Source of the DNA: an uncultured bacterium
GTDB lineage: Bacteria > Patescibacteriota > Andersenbacteria > UBA10190 > CAIZMI01
Length of the DNA: 61,438 bases
NCBI GenBank assembly: GCA_903934015.1
Contig: CAIZMI010000003.1
Location: forward strand, 1-61,438
Reading direction: 5' to 3'
Shown: one piece after another, positions 58,509 to 61,438 of the stretch
How positions within the stretch are numbered: position 1 is the first letter of the stretch
Layout of the letters: each line of letters starts with the position of its first letter
Notes under the pieces: generated by a model
The model's database searches: none
What the model saw: only the letters and a program-made list of their open reading frames with translations
Told to the model about the DNA's origin: nothing
Program-made: the position numbers and the translations under genes

Positions 58509-58632
58509 TCGGTTTTGCGTCGTTCCATAACACCTGCCACCCAGTGGCTATAACAGAGGATGAGTATTGAGAATTTATGAGTAGTAATTGCTTTGGCCAC
58601 ACAAAGGTAGCCTCGCAAGACGAGTTTTTTAA

Positions 58633-59730
58633 TTATGCAGGATTAAACACCGCGTATACCGTATTTGCGTCTCTTGGATCAGTTAGCAGGAATCTAATCG
58701 CGTTTGTAAGCGGAAATTGGTACACCTTCCACTTAACTCCGCCATCCAAAGACGTATATAAGACATAATTCGCGCCCGCGTAAACCGTCTTCCCCACACC
58801 TGCCGCTATTGCATTGATTGAAACTGACTGCTTTTCACTGACTGGTAACGGCACAACCGACCATTTTTTACCATTATCAATTGAATTAAATATGCCCCGA
58901 TCCGTTCCCGCAAGGATATTTTTTGTTAAATTTCCTTCCGAAACAAATTGAATGGCTAGTAATGACTTTGCAGTAGTATCACCACTTTTAATTTCAACAA
59001 CGTCAAATGATTTACCGGCATCGCTTGAACTATAAATTTGACCATTTACAAGCAACACATACCATTGCCCTGTTGCGGGAGCAACCCGAACTCCGGCAAT
59101 ACCATAACTAAATGAGTGAGCGTTGCTCCAGGTGGCGCCACCGTCACTTGAAACAAGCAGGGCGCCGGAATTTGAACCGGTCAACAAGATTTCCGGTCGA
59201 GTTGGATCTACTTCCATCGCGGTTATTATGCCCGGGGCGATTTTCTTATTAAAAATCCCACCGGTTTGGACGACCGGATCAACATATAGCTCAACCCAGT
59301 TTTTTCCATCATCAAACGATTTCCAAATTTTATAGCGTAACGGATCGGTAACCGAATTGCCAAAAATAAATAAAATATTTTGATTACGCGGATGTACAGC
59401 CACCCCCAAAACGGATTGTGCGGGAGTTTTTACTTGATCCCATTCCACTAAAGCATTGTCAAAGTGTAATAATCCACTCGGACCGCCTGCCATATAAAGT
59501 TTTGCTGTATTGTACGGATCAAAAACAACCTTATAAGGAGCCACCTTTGTTATATCCAACCCGCCCTTGAATTTCGACATTTGTAGCCAATTTTGCCCAC
59601 CATCCTTAGAAACATAAACTCCACCGGGAGGAACAGCGACTGTTTTTGTTGTACTGCCACACCCGGCACCGAATAAAGCGACTGAACTAAGCAAGACAGC
59701 TAATTTTATGTTTATAGTGTTCATAAACAT
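58633..59730 (-). CDS. BNR/Asp-box repeat beta-propeller lipoprotein
   Basis: Lipobox GAGC; repeated SxDGGxxW Asp boxes. Confidence 0.85.
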   Translation of the reverse strand: MFMNTINIKLAVLLSSVALFGAGCGSTTKTVAVPPGGVYVSKDGGQNWLQMSKFKGGLDITKVAPYKVVFDPYNTAKLYMAGGPSGLLHFDNALVEWDQVKTPAQSVLGVAVHPRNQNILFIFGNSVTDPLRYKIWKSFDDGKNWVELYVDPVVQTGGIFNKKIAPGIITAMEVDPTRPEILLTGSNSGALLVSSDGGATWSNAHSFSYGIAGVRVAPATGQWYVLLVNGQIYSSSDAGKSFDVVEIKSGDTTAKSLLAIQFVSEGNLTKNILAGTDRGIFNSIDNGKKWSVVPLPVSEKQSVSINAIAAGVGKTVYAGANYVLYTSLDGGVKWKVYQFPLTNAIRFLLTDPRDANTVYAVFNPA

Positions 59731-59847
59731 ATTTTACCACTCAATTGGTTAAATACAACTTAATTATCAAAATATATTGCTCAATTGAATCACGAATAAT
59801 AATTTGAACTATTTAACAAAGTTTAAGCATCTTGCTATACTAATGTT

Positions 59848-60753
59848 GTGTTAAGACAAATAAAAACAAAAGAGTTAACTTGGATAGACATTATAGATCT
59901 TGAAAAAAAAGATCTTGATTTTTTGGAAAGCGAATTTCATTTTCACGCGATTGATTTACAGGAAATCACTCATCGTTCAACGCGCCCGAAACTGGAAGAA
60001 TATCCCGGATATTTGTTCGCAATTGTTCACTCCCCAGTTTTTGACGCCAAATCGCGCAGTACAACTCCGGCGGAGGTGGATATATTTATTACAGAGGGAC
60101 ACATTATCACAGTTCACATGGGAAGAGTACATTTGCTAGATCAATTTTTCAAACAGATAAACGAAAGCACGGTATTACAAGAACGTTATGTGGGTCGTAG
60201 TTCCGCCTATCTTTTGTATAGCATCATGGGAGTGCTGATTGACTCATCGTTTCCCAAAATTGATCATATTTACGAAAAAATTGAACTTGCCGAACATAAA
60301 ATTTTTAATGGCGAGGAACGCGCAATGGTGTATGAATTAAGCGCTATTAGTCGTGATCTATCCGGTTTTCGACAAATCATTCGACCGCAAGTGCATTTAT
60401 ATAATCCCGATATGCTACACGGTGATTTTTCAACCCCCGCCTATAAAGCGATTTTTAAAAGCATTCAGTCGAGGTTGCAACGAGTTTGGGATGCACTAGA
60501 TAATCAATATGAAAAAATTTCCTCATTATCAGAAACTAACTCCAATCTGCTATCTCACAAATTAAATGAATTTATTAAGACCCTAACACTTCTTAGTGCC
60601 ATATTTATACCATTAGGCGTTATTTGTCAGGTTTTACCGACGATATCTGACGCTCCAAGATTAAATTTTGTTCTTTTCTGGATAATAATCGGCTTTATGC
60701 TTACTATCGATTTTGTAATTCTTTGGTACTATCGGACACGCCGAATGATTTAA
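59848..60753 (+). CDS. CorA-family divalent cation transporter lacking the GMN motif
   Basis: TWIDI, FHFHAIDL, RPKLEEY, NEFIKTLTLLSAIFIPL, two C-terminal TM segments. Confidence 0.85.
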   Translation: MLRQIKTKELTWIDIIDLEKKDLDFLESEFHFHAIDLQEITHRSTRPKLEEYPGYLFAIVHSPVFDAKSRSTTPAEVDIFITEGHIITVHMGRVHLLDQFFKQINESTVLQERYVGRSSAYLLYSIMGVLIDSSFPKIDHIYEKIELAEHKIFNGEERAMVYELSAISRDLSGFRQIIRPQVHLYNPDMLHGDFSTPAYKAIFKSIQSRLQRVWDALDNQYEKISSLSETNSNLLSHKLNEFIKTLTLLSAIFIPLGVICQVLPTISDAPRLNFVLFWIIIGFMLTIDFVILWYYRTRRMI

Positions 60754-61328
60754 TGAATATAGCGCCATTATTAATAAAACTTATTCCTCGAGGTATATCA
60801 CCTAATCACATCACAGGGTTAAGGTTTTTTTTAATAGCACCTATTATCTACTGCATTTGGCAACAGCAGTGGTTGTATTTTGTCATTTTGTACATATTGG
60901 CATTATTTTCCGACTATCTTGATGGAATTTTGGCCCGACAACGCGGATTAACTACCAAATTTGGCGCGACACTTGATCCGGTAGTTGATAAATTATTGCA
61001 CATTGCTATATTTTGTTTTCTTATTCCCTTCGCTCCGATACTGATTAGCACAATTATTTTGCTCGATATTGTTGTTTTGTTTGGCGGGTGGATGGTAATT
61101 CACAACTTTAATAAAAATAATAAGAATCTTTACATTAAGGGCGCCAATATCTTCGGCAAACTTAAGGTAATTTTTCAGGGACTGGTAATTATTGTGTTGT
61201 ATTGCTACCAAATTTTTCCACAGACGATATTTTCATGGCCAATATCAATTATTTTAATTATATTTACCATTATTTTTTCCGCTTTATCAATTTTTCAATA
61301 CGCTAACGACTTAATGCGTGAGAAATAA
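60753..61328 (+). CDS. CDP-alcohol phosphatidyltransferase (PgsA-like)
   Basis: PNHITGLR, DYLDGILAR...GATLDPVVDK. Confidence 0.92.
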   Translation: MNIAPLLIKLIPRGISPNHITGLRFFLIAPIIYCIWQQQWLYFVILYILALFSDYLDGILARQRGLTTKFGATLDPVVDKLLHIAIFCFLIPFAPILISTIILLDIVVLFGGWMVIHNFNKNNKNLYIKGANIFGKLKVIFQGLVIIVLYCYQIFPQTIFSWPISIILIIFTIIFSALSIFQYANDLMREK

Positions 61329-61350
61329 AAATTATTAACGCAAAAAATGC

Positions 61351-61379
61351 TTGACAGTGTTAAATATTTCTCGTATAAA
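61351..61379 (+). promoter_or_regulatory. Sigma70 promoter for a gene beyond the window
   Basis: TTGACA, 17 nt, TATAAA. Confidence 0.5.
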
Positions 61380-61438
61380 TTAATTAGATGCGAATTTAAA
61401 TAATTTTCGTCTAAAAAATAAGTTTAATATAATACAAA

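Overview
AT-rich bacterial chromosome segment using genetic code 11 (TGA is a stop). Gene content, a helicase-degenerate PriA and scarce Shine-Dalgarno sites suggest a Patescibacteria/CPR genome (inference). Genes from 1 to ~39.3 kb are mostly on the + strand: stress and redox genes, an FMN-bind/ApbE/RnfD-FNR flavinylation module, a umuD-like/dinB cassette, rpiB-rpe-sod, gltX and a surface-glycan cluster, with fmt-def and priA on the - strand. Genes from 39.7 to 57.5 kb are almost all on the - strand (pyrG, rplI, ctpA, aspS, hrcA-grpE-dnaK-dnaJ). A single Xer recombinase with a symmetric dif-like palindrome lies near the orientation switch, so the window probably spans the replication terminus. 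The most unusual non-coding signals are: a ~600-nt, promoter- and terminator-bounded, hairpin-dense candidate ncRNA (45.15-45.75 kb, - strand); a second tRNA-Lys copy interrupted by 17-bp micro-palindromes; a 252-bp MITE with an 8-bp target duplication; and several REP-like families, one inside grpE. Around the tRNA lie a 2H-phosphoesterase/kinase fusion and an intact plus degenerate pair of DHH/MYG1-like genes. All calls come from reading motifs by eye; no database searches were run.
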